The notes: generated by a model not told the origin, from the sequence alone. 64,000 nt of DNA from Clostridia bacterium (GCA_045643205.1 JAZUKI010000010.1:32001-96000); one strand, 5' to 3'. Positions 9,410 through 19,627 are shown, numbered from the stretch's first letter. Numbers and translations are program-made.

Positions 9410-10313
9410 TAGTTTAAAATATATGATTAAAGAAGCTTTTAAAAGTGTATTTAAACAAAGAAAAATGAGTAGTGCATCAATTGCAATCATGATTGCAACA
9501 ATGTTTATTTTTGGAATCTTCTTTATACTTGGTGAAAACATTAACTTTGTTATGGAACAAGTTGAAAATAAACAAGGTATGAGAGTAGTAATCAAAGATG
9601 AAGTTGAAGAAAGCATTCTTGAAGGATTAAAATCAAAGATTCAAAATATTGAGATTAATGGAAAGAAAGTTGTAAACACAGTTACATTTATTTCAAAAGA
9701 AGATGCAATGAAATCAATTAAAGAAAGACTTGGAGATAAACAAGATGTTCTTGAAGGATTAGATGAAGAAAACTTTTTACCTGCATCATATTTTGTTACA
9801 CTAAATGACTTAAGTAAAAATCAAGAAGTTCAAGATGAAATAATGAAGTTTGATGGTGTTGAAGAAATCAGCACAGACAATGATACAATTGCTAAATTAA
9901 ATAATATTGCAAAAGGAATAAGAATGGGAACATTAATTATTTTAGTAATACTTATTGCAATATCTATAGCAATTATTGCATACACAGTTAAGATTACAGT
10001 ATATGCAAGAAGAAAAGAAATTGAAATTATGAAATATGTAGGAGCCACAAATGGTTTTGTTAGAGGCCCATTCATAATAGAAGGTATGATTATTGGAATC
10101 ATTTCAGCAGCAATAAGCGTAATAATTATGATGCTTGTTTATAATGGTATATTAAATGGAATACTTGAATCAAACGTAATTCAATCATTAAGCGTTTCAT
10201 TCTATACATTTAATGAATTATTTATGAGAGTTTTAGGAGTATATTTAGTACTAGGTATTGGAATCGGTGTTTTAGGTTCATCAATTTCAATGAAGAAATA
10301 TTTAAATGCATAA
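9399..10313 (+). CDS. ftsX: Cell division permease FtsX
   Basis: Overlaps the ftsE end; ARRKEIEIMKYVGAT..FVRGPF.IEG; start could be 9390, 9396 or 9399. Confidence 0.93.
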   Translation: MRFNSLKYMIKEAFKSVFKQRKMSSASIAIMIATMFIFGIFFILGENINFVMEQVENKQGMRVVIKDEVEESILEGLKSKIQNIEINGKKVVNTVTFISKEDAMKSIKERLGDKQDVLEGLDEENFLPASYFVTLNDLSKNQEVQDEIMKFDGVEEISTDNDTIAKLNNIAKGIRMGTLIILVILIAISIAIIAYTVKITVYARRKEIEIMKYVGATNGFVRGPFIIEGMIIGIISAAISVIIMMLVYNGILNGILESNVIQSLSVSFYTFNELFMRVLGVYLVLGIGIGVLGSSISMKKYLNA

Positions 10314-10499
10314 TAAAAATTAAATTAATTCAAGAAAAAATAATTTAAGAAAAAATATTCAAGAAAATTATTATAAAAGATATAAAGAAATTTAGAATAA
10401 AAAACACATTAGAAAAAAGATAAAAAACTTTAGAAAAAATGTGAAGAAAACATTAGAAAAGTATTTAAAAAACGCTAGAAAAAATTTGGAGGAGAACCA

Positions 10500-11678
10500 A
10501 TGAAAACCAAAATTTTAAGTATTATACTTACAACTATTTTGATGTTCACTTTAGTATCATCTGTTTTTGCTGATGAAAGATCTGATTATGTTAATAAAAA
10601 GAATCAAGCACAAAGTCACCTTACAGAAGTAAAAAGTGAAAAATCAGCAGCAGCAGATGCAGCAAAGAAAGCTTCTGCAGCAGTATCTGATGTTGAAGAA
10701 GAAATTGCAACATTACAAGCTGAAATTGATGCTTTAAATGGTGAAATTTCAACTAAAGAAAATGAAATTCAAACTAAAGAAAAACAATTAAAAGAGAGGA
10801 TGAATCAACTTAAGAAAAGATTAACAGCTATGTATATTCAAGGTGATATTTCTTATCTTGATTTCTTATTAGGATCTTCAAATTATATTGATATGCTAGC
10901 AAATTATGATGCTGTTCAACAAATCACTGAAGCTGATGGCAAAATGATTGATGCTATCAAAAAAGAAAAACAAGAAATTGAAGACGCTAAAAAGAAGATA
11001 GAAGAAAACAAAGCTAAAGTTGAAGAAAATAAAAAGCAAAATGAAGCAAAAAAAGCTGAGTTGAAAAAAGCACAAGAAGAAAAAGAAAAAGCACTTTCTC
11101 AATTGACAGAAGAAGAAAAGAAAACTCAAGCTGAAATAGATTCATACAATGCTGCTATTAGTAAAATCGATGAGCAACTTAGAGAAGCTATGAAAAAGAC
11201 ACAACAAAAAACATCTTCAAGTGGAGGATTAGCAGGATTAAAATTTGATGGATCATTTATATGGCCATGTAATAATAAAATCGTAACATCTGGAATGAAA
11301 AGAAGATGGGGAAGATGGCATAAAGGAATTGATATTGGTGCGAGATATGAAAATGTTTATGCAGCAGCATCAGGATATGCATATCCAATGGAAAATCCAG
11401 GCGGATATGGACATTATGTAATGGTTATCCATGGTAGTGGATATATTACATTATATGGACACTTATCACAACAAAAAGTTTCATATGGACAATATGTTTC
11501 TCAAGGAGAAGTAATTGCTATATCTGGAAATAGTGGATCAAGTACTGGACCACATTTACATTTTGAAATAAGAAAGGCAAATAGTTTAACAAGTTTCTTC
11601 AGTGCAGCATTCTACAATCCACTTGATTACTTACCAGGTGGATGGTCTGCAACATCAGATGCATTTACAGAATCATAA
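10500..11678 (+). CDS. Secreted coiled-coil + M23 peptidoglycan endopeptidase (PcsB/EnvC-like architecture)
   Basis: Signal peptide, long coiled coil, HKGID and STGPHLHFE motifs. Confidence 0.9.
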   Translation: MKTKILSIILTTILMFTLVSSVFADERSDYVNKKNQAQSHLTEVKSEKSAAADAAKKASAAVSDVEEEIATLQAEIDALNGEISTKENEIQTKEKQLKERMNQLKKRLTAMYIQGDISYLDFLLGSSNYIDMLANYDAVQQITEADGKMIDAIKKEKQEIEDAKKKIEENKAKVEENKKQNEAKKAELKKAQEEKEKALSQLTEEEKKTQAEIDSYNAAISKIDEQLREAMKKTQQKTSSSGGLAGLKFDGSFIWPCNNKIVTSGMKRRWGRWHKGIDIGARYENVYAAASGYAYPMENPGGYGHYVMVIHGSGYITLYGHLSQQKVSYGQYVSQGEVIAISGNSGSSTGPHLHFEIRKANSLTSFFSAAFYNPLDYLPGGWSATSDAFTES

Positions 11679-11712
11679 AATATAAATAAATAGTAAGAAA
11701 GGAGAAAATAGC

Positions 11713-12999
11713 ATGAAAAAGATTTTAAACACAATGTTTTGTAGTTTAACAATAGTAGTGCTATTTTCTTTTAATTTTGTTTTTGCTATAGAAAATGAAA
11801 TTGCAAGTGAAACAGCCAATACAAATTCGAATGAAACAACAAACACAACTACAAATGAAACAGATAATACAACTTCTAATGAAACAGTTAGAACCCTAAC
11901 TTTACAAGAACAACAAAATCAAGTTAGTACAAACTTAAATACTGCAAGTCAACAATTAGGTTATGTTGAAACAGAATTAACTGCAAAAGAATTAGAAATT
12001 CAAAAATTACAAGATCAAATAAATGAGTTTCAAAATAAATTAGAAGTATCAGAGCGAAATTATAAAACAGCACAAGAAGAATATTTTGCGTCTGAAAAAG
12101 AATTGGAAAAATTAAAAAAAGAATATGATAAAGAAAAGACAGCACTAAAAAAGAGATTAAGAGCAATATATGCAAAAGGTGAAATATCATATTTAGAAGT
12201 TCTTTTAAATTCAAAAGATATTATTGAATTTTTATCTAATTATATTGTTCTTGATGAAATTGCAGATTATGATAACAAAAAGATTTCAGAAATAAAAAGT
12301 GCAATGCAATCAATTAATGAAAAGAATGAACAATTAATTGCAAAAAAAGAAGAACTAAAAAAGATAAAAGCAGAAAACGAAAAGCAAAATGTTCTACTTA
12401 CAAATACAAAAACAATTTTAGAAAATGAAAAGAAGAGCTTAAATGATAGCGAATTAACATTAATGGCTCAAATAGATAGTTATAAAAAGCAACAAGTTGA
12501 AATAGAAGGATTAATTAATAGATCAATTTATTCTTCAACATACGAATTGTTTTACACAGGCGGAATAATGATTTGGCCAACATACACAACATCATATATC
12601 ACATCTCCATTTGGAACTAGATTACATCCAATTCAAGGTATTATAAAAAATCATAGTGGAATTGATATTGGTGGAAGAACGGATGATCCAATTTATGCAG
12701 CATCAGATGGCGTTATCATTTATTATGGCTGGATGAGTGGTTATGGAAACTGTGTAATGATTGATCATGGAATGAATAATATAGGACAAAAAATAGTTAC
12801 ACTATATGGACATGGAAATAAATTAATGGATAATTTACGGATTGGTTCAATTGTTAAACAAGGCGAACAAATAATGTACTTAGGTTCAACAGGTAATTCT
12901 ACAGGACCACACGTACATTTTGAAGTTAGAGAAAATGGCGTAGCAGTAGATCCAAAAAATTATTTATCTACAAGGGAGGAAGAAAACACTAATGAATAA
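11713..12999 (+). CDS. Second coiled-coil + M23 peptidoglycan endopeptidase
   Basis: Signal peptide, T/N-rich linker, coiled coil, HSGID and STGPHVHFE motifs. Confidence 0.9.
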   Translation: MKKILNTMFCSLTIVVLFSFNFVFAIENEIASETANTNSNETTNTTTNETDNTTSNETVRTLTLQEQQNQVSTNLNTASQQLGYVETELTAKELEIQKLQDQINEFQNKLEVSERNYKTAQEEYFASEKELEKLKKEYDKEKTALKKRLRAIYAKGEISYLEVLLNSKDIIEFLSNYIVLDEIADYDNKKISEIKSAMQSINEKNEQLIAKKEELKKIKAENEKQNVLLTNTKTILENEKKSLNDSELTLMAQIDSYKKQQVEIEGLINRSIYSSTYELFYTGGIMIWPTYTTSYITSPFGTRLHPIQGIIKNHSGIDIGGRTDDPIYAASDGVIIYYGWMSGYGNCVMIDHGMNNIGQKIVTLYGHGNKLMDNLRIGSIVKQGEQIMYLGSTGNSTGPHVHFEVRENGVAVDPKNYLSTREEENTNE

Positions 13000-14218
13000 G
13001 GTATTAAAAACAATATTAACAATATTAGGTACAGCAATAGTATCAGTAATTATAACTATAGTTGTTATATATGGAGGAAATAAAGATTCAGCATTTGTTA
13101 ACTTTTTTAGAGGAGATGCAACAGAAAACATTGTTGGATCAGGATTAGAATCATCAACACTTTCACAAAAATTACATTTAATAAAAGAAAAAATCAATGA
13201 AGAATATATAGGAACTATTGATGAAAAACAAATGGCAGAATATACAATAAAAGGATATGTTGCAGGATTAGGTGATAAATATTCAGCATATTATACAAAA
13301 GAAGAAATGGCAGATTTAATGGAAGATACTCAAGGAAATTTTGTTGGAATTGGTGTTTATTTAATTTTAGATGAAGAAAGAAATTTAGTAAAAATATATG
13401 GAGTAATTCCAAACTCACCAGCAGAAGCAGCAGGAGTTCAAGCAGGCGATTATATTACAAGCATAAATGGAATGAATGTTGATGGCTCACAATTAGAAAA
13501 AATATCAGATGAATTAAGAGGAAAAGAAGGCTCAAAGGTAACATTTAAAGTTTTAAGAGATACTCAAACATTAGAATTTAATGTAACAAGAAGAAAAGTT
13601 GAAATAGTTCATGTTACAGGACAAATGGTTGAAGATAATATTGGATATATTGCAGTTGATTCTTATGAAGGAAACGTTGCTGAACAATTTGAAAAAGAAT
13701 ATGATGATTTAGTAAAAAAAGGAATGAAAGCTTTAATTGTAGATATAAGAAATAATGGTGGTGGATTAGTTGATCAATCAGTACAAATGGCAGATTATTT
13801 CTTAGATACTGGAACAAACATATTAATAGAAAGAGACAATAAGCAAAGAGAAACAATAACAAAAGCAGAAACAAGAAAGAAAATTACAATGCCTACAGTT
13901 GTTTTAGTAAATGAATATTCAGCAAGTGCTTCAGAAATATTCTCAGCAGCTGTTAAAGAAAAAGCAGATAATGTTACTATAGTTGGAACTAAAACATTTG
14001 GAAAAGGTGTAATTCAAGGTTTATACAATTTAACAGATGGAAGTGGATTAAAAATAACAATAGAAGAATACTTTACACCAGATCATAATGAAATAAATAA
14101 AGTTGGTGTTGAACCAGACTATGTTGTAGATGATTATCAATACACATCAAAATTAGAAACAGATAAAGATACACAATATCAAAAAGCAGTTGAGGTTTTA
14201 AAATCTCAAATTCAATAA
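12992..14218 (+). CDS. S41 carboxyl-terminal processing protease (PDZ + S41)
   Basis: FVGIG PDZ motif, DIRNNGGG, SASASE, TFGKG. Confidence 0.93.
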   Translation: MNKVLKTILTILGTAIVSVIITIVVIYGGNKDSAFVNFFRGDATENIVGSGLESSTLSQKLHLIKEKINEEYIGTIDEKQMAEYTIKGYVAGLGDKYSAYYTKEEMADLMEDTQGNFVGIGVYLILDEERNLVKIYGVIPNSPAEAAGVQAGDYITSINGMNVDGSQLEKISDELRGKEGSKVTFKVLRDTQTLEFNVTRRKVEIVHVTGQMVEDNIGYIAVDSYEGNVAEQFEKEYDDLVKKGMKALIVDIRNNGGGLVDQSVQMADYFLDTGTNILIERDNKQRETITKAETRKKITMPTVVLVNEYSASASEIFSAAVKEKADNVTIVGTKTFGKGVIQGLYNLTDGSGLKITIEEYFTPDHNEINKVGVEPDYVVDDYQYTSKLETDKDTQYQKAVEVLKSQIQ

Positions 14219-14253
14219 TTAATAATTAATAATTAATAATTAATAATTAATGA
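14216..14253. repeat. 7-bp tandem repeat (TTAATAA)n starting at the stop codon
   Basis: taa ttaataa x4 ttaatga. Confidence 0.8.
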
Positions 14254-14296
14254 TAAAAAATAAGCAACAAGGAAATAATAAAACAATAAAAAGAGT

Positions 14297-14330
14297 AAAA
14301 ACAGCTGTATTTAAAGTACAGCTGTTTTTT
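14297..14330 (+). terminator. Intrinsic terminator
   Basis: aaaacagctgta-tttaaag-tacagctgtttttt. Confidence 0.78.
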
Positions 14331-14362
14331 ATAAAAAAAATTAATAAAACTTGAAAAAAATG

Positions 14363-14391
14363 TTGACAAGCAACTTAATATTTAGTATACT
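14363..14391 (+). promoter_or_regulatory. Sigma-A promoter of the tRNA Val-Asp-Phe operon
   Basis: TTGACA-17 nt-TATACT, 19 nt before tRNA-Val. Confidence 0.82.
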
Positions 14392-14410
14392 AATGCTTGT
14401 CAGTAAATAT

Positions 14411-14486
14411 GGTCGCTTAGCTCAGCTGGGAGAGCACCTGCCTTACAAGCAGGGGGTCATAGGTTCGAGCCCTATAGCGACCACCA
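14411..14486 (+). tRNA. tRNA-Val (TAC)
   Basis: GGTCGCT...CCTGC CTTACAA GCAGG...GGTTCGAGCCC...AGCGACC A CCA. Confidence 0.97.
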
Positions 14487-14496
14487 TTTTACTTAT

Positions 14497-14574
14497 GGCC
14501 CGGTAGTTCAGTTGGTTTAGAACGCCGCCCTGTCACGGCGGAGGTCGTCGGTTCGAGCCCGATCCGGGTCGCCA
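14497..14574 (+). tRNA. tRNA-Asp (GTC)
   Basis: GGCCCGG...CCGCC CTGTCAC GGCGG...CCGGGTC G CCA. Confidence 0.97.
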
Positions 14575-14589
14575 TTTTTTTTTGTTTAT

Positions 14590-14665
<76 letters not shown>

Positions 14666-14669
14666 AGCT

Positions 14670-14695
14670 AAGTCTTAGATTTTCTAAGACTTTTT
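14670..14695 (+). terminator. Terminator of the tRNA operon
   Basis: aagtcttaga-ttt-tctaagactt followed by T-run. Confidence 0.78.
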
Positions 14696-14780
14696 CTTTT
14701 TCTTTACAAATATTAAATCTATGTAATTTATAAGTATTTTAAATTATTTTCTTATATAATAAGTTTGAAGAATTATATTT

Positions 14781-15290
14781 ATGGAGAAATACATGGAAGA
14801 AATGGAAAAAGAGGAAGACTTATTTCCACAACTCATAAGATTTAATGATGGCAGTGCAATAATTGTTTGTGGTGTTTCTGATGAAAAATATAAAGTCTTT
14901 CATGGAAAAGAACAATATAAAATAAAATCAATATATGTTTCTGATTATGTGAAAGAAGGCGGAATAATAAAAACTGAACCATCATATAGTATTGTAGTTG
15001 AACATCCTATTGATGATAATAAAAATGCAGAACTAACTTCTATAGATTTACAAGATTATGTAGTTGAATTTGTTAGAGAATTTTTACATGGCAATTTTGA
15101 TAGAAGAAAAATTTGTCATTACATTGGAAGAAAAAATAAAGAATTAGATAATATGATTATATCTGACAAAGTTAAAAAAGAAATTGTTGAGAAAGAGCTT
15201 GAACCAGCTTTAAAAAAACGAAAGATGGATAGATATAATACAGTTAAAGCAGAATTTAATTCTGTTTTAGAAAGCAGAATGTATGATTAA
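14781..15290 (+). CDS. Hypothetical protein
   Basis: 169-aa ORF with genome-typical codon use; no recognised motif; start may be 14793. Confidence 0.7.
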   Translation: MEKYMEEMEKEEDLFPQLIRFNDGSAIIVCGVSDEKYKVFHGKEQYKIKSIYVSDYVKEGGIIKTEPSYSIVVEHPIDDNKNAELTSIDLQDYVVEFVREFLHGNFDRRKICHYIGRKNKELDNMIISDKVKKEIVEKELEPALKKRKMDRYNTVKAEFNSVLESRMYD

Positions 15291-15316
15291 TATTTTTATT
15301 ATTAAGGAGTAAGAAT

Positions 15317-16237
15317 ATGGAAGAAGGAAAAAACAATTTAAAAGGCAATGAACAAAATCGAGCAAGTCAAGTAAATCAATCAAATCAAGAAAATCAATTA
15401 AGTAAATTAAAGAGAAAAATTACAGGTGTTTCTACAAAAGGAAAAGTGATTTTAGTAGGAACTATTGCAAGCAGTTTACTTATAGGAACAGTAGCAGGAG
15501 TTTGTATAAGTAAAAATGAAAAATTATATGATCATGCTGCAGAAGAATATGTAAATTGCATATCTAGAGATGAATTAAAATCAATTGCTAAAGGCTATTC
15601 ACCAGAAAAAGATGAAGTTATAAGTGATAGATATGAAATGCAAAGACAAGAAGGATATGAAATAATTAAGGAGATTACAGGATTAGAGGGATTATATGAT
15701 CAAAATCATAATGCTGTTTCTTATGAAGATTATGAAAGAGTTGCAGAAGAATATAAAGCTTTTGTAAAAGAGTTTGCTTGGGATAATGTAGGACAATATA
15801 TTTATGATGAAGAAGATAAATCTAGATTTTGCTTTTATATAGATACTAGCGATGCGCCTGAATATACTATGGCTATTGATAGATATAGTCATACAAATAA
15901 CGAAAAAGCAAATGATTTATATGTTACAAATGCATATAGTGTTGAGGACACTAAATACTTATATAGATTAGTTAAAAATTATATTGATATTTTAGATTCT
16001 AATAGTCTAGAAAGTTTAAGAAAAAATTTAAATAATGCACCAGATATAATAAATGATGTAGTAAATCAAATGTATTATATAGATGAAAAAAATTGTTTAC
16101 ATGAACTTCCAATTGAGAAAGTACAAGACCATGCTGTTGAAGAAATTCAAGATGGCGATTATACCATCGTTAAAGATGAAAATAATGGAACAAAAGTTAT
16201 TTTAACTGATAATAAGCAAGAAGAAAAAGAACTATAA
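15317..16237 (+). CDS. Hypothetical single-TM protein
   Basis: SD AAGGAG; one hydrophobic segment (VILVGTIASSLLIGTVAGVCI) then an acidic domain. Confidence 0.75.
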   Translation: MEEGKNNLKGNEQNRASQVNQSNQENQLSKLKRKITGVSTKGKVILVGTIASSLLIGTVAGVCISKNEKLYDHAAEEYVNCISRDELKSIAKGYSPEKDEVISDRYEMQRQEGYEIIKEITGLEGLYDQNHNAVSYEDYERVAEEYKAFVKEFAWDNVGQYIYDEEDKSRFCFYIDTSDAPEYTMAIDRYSHTNNEKANDLYVTNAYSVEDTKYLYRLVKNYIDILDSNSLESLRKNLNNAPDIINDVVNQMYYIDEKNCLHELPIEKVQDHAVEEIQDGDYTIVKDENNGTKVILTDNKQEEKEL

Positions 16238-16291
16238 TCTAATATTTTAGGAAAAACAAAATAAAAATATTAAATAGATATTTTAAAAATA

Positions 16292-16354
16292 AAAAAGGAA
16301 ACTATTTATATGGTGAACCTAAGTGGATTCATTATAATTAATAGTTTCCTTTTT
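16292..16354. terminator. Bidirectional terminator with an internal palindromic insert
   Basis: Stem aaaaaggaaactatt/aatagtttccttttt between convergent genes; loop contains ggtgaacc-taagt-ggattcat. Confidence 0.75.
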
Positions 16355-16368
16355 AGTTTATATAAAAT

Positions 16369-17004
16369 TTATTTTAAATTTGTTTGAATTAATTCTACAA
16401 GTGTCTTAGCTATGTCAGGAGTTAAATATGCATAACTTGAATCAGAAGTGTTTTTAAGTAATCCACCTTTTATTTCTTCATTTTCTTCAAAATAGCCTAA
16501 AGCATAAGTTGTATTTTTTGAAGAGACAAATAATTCATATTGAAAATCAGCATCTACTTGTGAATCATTTTTAAACTCGATTTGGTCTATTAAGGCATCT
16601 ATATCTGCAGCATTTTCAAGTGAATTAATAACAATTCCACTTTTAACATCTTTAATAGAAGATTGTTGATCTGTACTTACTGGAACATATTCTTTTTCTT
16701 TATATTCATCTAAAAGCTTATTCCATTCAGATTCATAATCCTCATATTTCATACCATAAGTTCCGATTTTTACATCATCATAATAAATGTTTTGTTGATA
16801 ATTTATTGTTTTATGATAGTCAATTACTTTATAGAAAACACCTGAATAAATAACTGTACCACCATCATTTACATCTGAATCTTTAATACAAAATAGAGGA
16901 GCTTTTCCTTCTGATGCTCTACTATAATCAATTAAAAATAATATGCCTAAAGTACATACTGTTAAAAATATTAAAACAAAAATACACTTAAAAAATCTTT
17001 TCAT
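16369..17004 (-). CDS. Hypothetical exported/membrane-anchored protein
   Basis: SD AAAGGAG; N-terminal TM then DY.R...P.FC...DGGT..Y.G.FYKVI.Y, a pattern I recall from small Firmicute exported proteins. Confidence 0.75.
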   Translation of the reverse strand: MKRFFKCIFVLIFLTVCTLGILFLIDYSRASEGKAPLFCIKDSDVNDGGTVIYSGVFYKVIDYHKTINYQQNIYYDDVKIGTYGMKYEDYESEWNKLLDEYKEKEYVPVSTDQQSSIKDVKSGIVINSLENAADIDALIDQIEFKNDSQVDADFQYELFVSSKNTTYALGYFEENEEIKGGLLKNTSDSSYAYLTPDIAKTLVELIQTNLK

Positions 17005-17133
17005 ACAATTCTCCTTTAATAAGGCAAAGCCTTAAGCTTATTACAGCTGAATTATACCATAAGATTGGCAAAAATCAATTTTTTATTGAAAACTTAGCGG
17101 GTAAATGATATTATTCAAATGAGGTTAAGAGAG

Positions 17134-17859
17134 ATGTATAATTTTTTTGTAGAAAGTGATCAATTTTACAATGATAAAGTTGACATAAAAGATGAAAATT
17201 TCAATCATATCAAAAATGTTTTGAGAATGAAAACTGAAGATGAATTAATTGTTTCAGATAAAGAAAAAGGTAATAGTTTTTTATGCCAAATATGTGAAAT
17301 TGGTGAGAATAAGATTATATGCAATATTCTAAAAGAAATGGAATCAACAGAACCAAAAGTAGATGTAGATTTGTTCCAAGGAATACCAAAATCTGACAAA
17401 ATGGAAATGATTATTCAAAAAAATATTGAAGTTGGAATAAACAAAATTTATCCAGTCGAAATGAAATTTTGTATTGGAAAAATTAAGGATAATAAAAAAA
17501 TAGTAAGATGGCAAACCATTGCTGAAGCTGCAGCAAAACAAAGCAAGAGAAACATTATCCCTAAAATTGAAAATCCAATTACTTTTAAAGAGATGTCTAT
17601 ATTAATTAAAGAATATGATTTAGCACTTATTGCATATGAAAATGAGGAAAAAACAAATATAAAAGAAGTTTTACAAGAATATCCTGATGCTAAAAGAATA
17701 GCTATTATCATAGGACCAGAAGGTGGAATTGGCAAAGAAGAAGTTGAAAATTTAGTATCGAATGGTGCAAAAGAAGTTAGCCTTGGCAAAAGGATATTAA
17801 GAACTGAAACAGCTTCAATTTCAATGCTAAGCATGATTATGTATCAATATGATTTATAA
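17134..17859 (+). CDS. rsmE: 16S rRNA m3U1498 methyltransferase RsmE
   Basis: HIKNVLR, EAAAKQSKR, IIIGPEGG, LGKRILRTETA. Confidence 0.95.
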   Translation: MYNFFVESDQFYNDKVDIKDENFNHIKNVLRMKTEDELIVSDKEKGNSFLCQICEIGENKIICNILKEMESTEPKVDVDLFQGIPKSDKMEMIIQKNIEVGINKIYPVEMKFCIGKIKDNKKIVRWQTIAEAAAKQSKRNIIPKIENPITFKEMSILIKEYDLALIAYENEEKTNIKEVLQEYPDAKRIAIIIGPEGGIGKEEVENLVSNGAKEVSLGKRILRTETASISMLSMIMYQYDL

Positions 17860-17890
17860 TCAAAAGAAGTTATAAACAAATGAGGATAAT

Positions 17891-18676
17891 ATGAGTAATA
17901 AAAAAAGTAACAAATCAAAGAAAAATAATAAGAAGGTTTCTTCAACAAAAAAAATGAATGAAAATAATATTCAATATGTGAGAGAAGCATTAGACGATAA
18001 AGTAGAAGATAAAATTCAAAAAAACATGGAAGATAAAATTATAGCAGTTGAAGAGAATAAAGAAAATGAAGTTAGAAAAGATAAAAACAATAAAAACAAT
18101 AAAAATAAAGTAGATAAAAAAAATGAAAAAAATACAAACAATGAAGATAATGAAGAAAATATAATTATAGAACAAGAAGAACCTGATAATAAAGAACAAC
18201 TTGTTAAAGAAAATTTTTATAAAAATGAAATTTTAGACAAAATTAAAGATGAATTAAAAAACAAGAAAAAGAAAAATTCAAAAAGTAGAAAAAGAAAATT
18301 AATTTTTATAAATTTTATTGTTGGTGCTATAGTTGAATTATTTATTTTAGGATGTTTAAGCCTTGTAATTTGGGTTCCACAAGATATTACAAAAATAGTA
18401 TATATTGTAAGTTTAGTTGCAGGAGTGATAGCTGCTGTAACATTATTGGAATTAGGATACATTAAGAAAAAATTATTATATTCAATTTATGGAATTGAAA
18501 ATTTTGCTGTAACAATTTTGGATTTATTAATTATGGATAAATTAAAAAATAGTGAAATTACAGATGTTTATAATTTATTTATTATAATCTCGGCAAGTGT
18601 CGCAATATATTATATAATTAGGGCTTTTGTCATTAATATTACTTATAAAAATGTTGACTGTGCAGAAAAAAAGTAG
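17891..18676 (+). CDS. Hypothetical membrane protein (K/N/E-rich N-terminus + 4 TM)
   Basis: Low-complexity charged N-terminal half followed by four hydrophobic segments. Confidence 0.72.
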   Translation: MSNKKSNKSKKNNKKVSSTKKMNENNIQYVREALDDKVEDKIQKNMEDKIIAVEENKENEVRKDKNNKNNKNKVDKKNEKNTNNEDNEENIIIEQEEPDNKEQLVKENFYKNEILDKIKDELKNKKKKNSKSRKRKLIFINFIVGAIVELFILGCLSLVIWVPQDITKIVYIVSLVAGVIAAVTLLELGYIKKKLLYSIYGIENFAVTILDLLIMDKLKNSEITDVYNLFIIISASVAIYYIIRAFVINITYKNVDCAEKK

Positions 18677-18715
18677 TAAAATTATCATAGTTTTTTTGAA
18701 AGGAAGATAAATAAA

Positions 18716-19015
18716 ATGTTATTTAAACCAACAGTTGCACAACTTCTTACAAAAGGTGAAAACAGATATAGATTAGCTATAGCTTCAGCAAAAAGAGCTA
18801 GACAAATATTTGCAGGAAGCCAACCATTAGTTGATACTGAGGATACAGCTCCCGTTACAATCGCTGCTGATGAAATAATGGCAGATGCTTTAAAGATTTA
18901 TGATGAAGATGAATGGAATCAAAAAAGAAAAGATTATGAAACAAACATCAAATTAATTTCTAGAACATCAGCAATTACAGGAATGGATAGTTCAGCAGAA
19001 ACTCAAAACGTTTAA
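18716..19015 (+). CDS. rpoZ: RNA polymerase omega subunit
   Basis: P....LL....NRY.LAIASAKRARQ, PVTIAADEI. Confidence 0.9.
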   Translation: MLFKPTVAQLLTKGENRYRLAIASAKRARQIFAGSQPLVDTEDTAPVTIAADEIMADALKIYDEDEWNQKRKDYETNIKLISRTSAITGMDSSAETQNV

Positions 19016-19059
19016 TATTCAAGAAATACCAAGCAAGTTTATTAAGTGGAGGGGGAAAT

Positions 19060-19617
19060 ATGAAGAAACATATTATTTCAATTACAGGAGATTTAGCTAG
19101 TGGAAAAGGAACAGTATCATCATTATTGATTGATAGATTAAATTATACAGTTTATCGCAATGGTGAAGCTTTTAGAAACATGGCTAAAGAAAAGGGAATG
19201 GATGTAGTTGAATTTAATGAATATGTTGATAAGCATCCTGAAATTGATAGACAAATAGAAGCAAAAGCAACAGAATTTGCAGAAACACATGATAATTTTG
19301 TTATTGATGCAAGACTTGGTTGGTACTCTATTCCAAATTCTTTTAAAGTGTATTTAAAAGTTGATCTTGATGTTGCCGCTGAAAGAGCATATTGGGATGG
19401 AAGAAGAAAGAGTACAGAGAATTATAAAACAATACAAGAACAAAAAGAAAGTCTTCATAAGAGATCAAAACTTGAAAGAGAAAGATATAAGAAAATCTAT
19501 GGTGTTGAATTAACTGATATGAATAACTATGATTATGTTATTGATACTACAGAATATACACCACAAGTTATTTGTGAAAGAATCATAGAAAAATACAAAT
19601 TATGGTTAGAAGATTAA
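19060..19617 (+). CDS. Cytidylate kinase-like protein (short, archaeal-type/type 2)
   Basis: ISITGDLASGKGT P-loop, GEAFR.MA, IDRQI, DARLGW, ERYKKIYG, YDYVIDT. Confidence 0.8.
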   Translation: MKKHIISITGDLASGKGTVSSLLIDRLNYTVYRNGEAFRNMAKEKGMDVVEFNEYVDKHPEIDRQIEAKATEFAETHDNFVIDARLGWYSIPNSFKVYLKVDLDVAAERAYWDGRRKSTENYKTIQEQKESLHKRSKLERERYKKIYGVELTDMNNYDYVIDTTEYTPQVICERIIEKYKLWLED

Positions 19618-19627
19618 TATAAAAATT

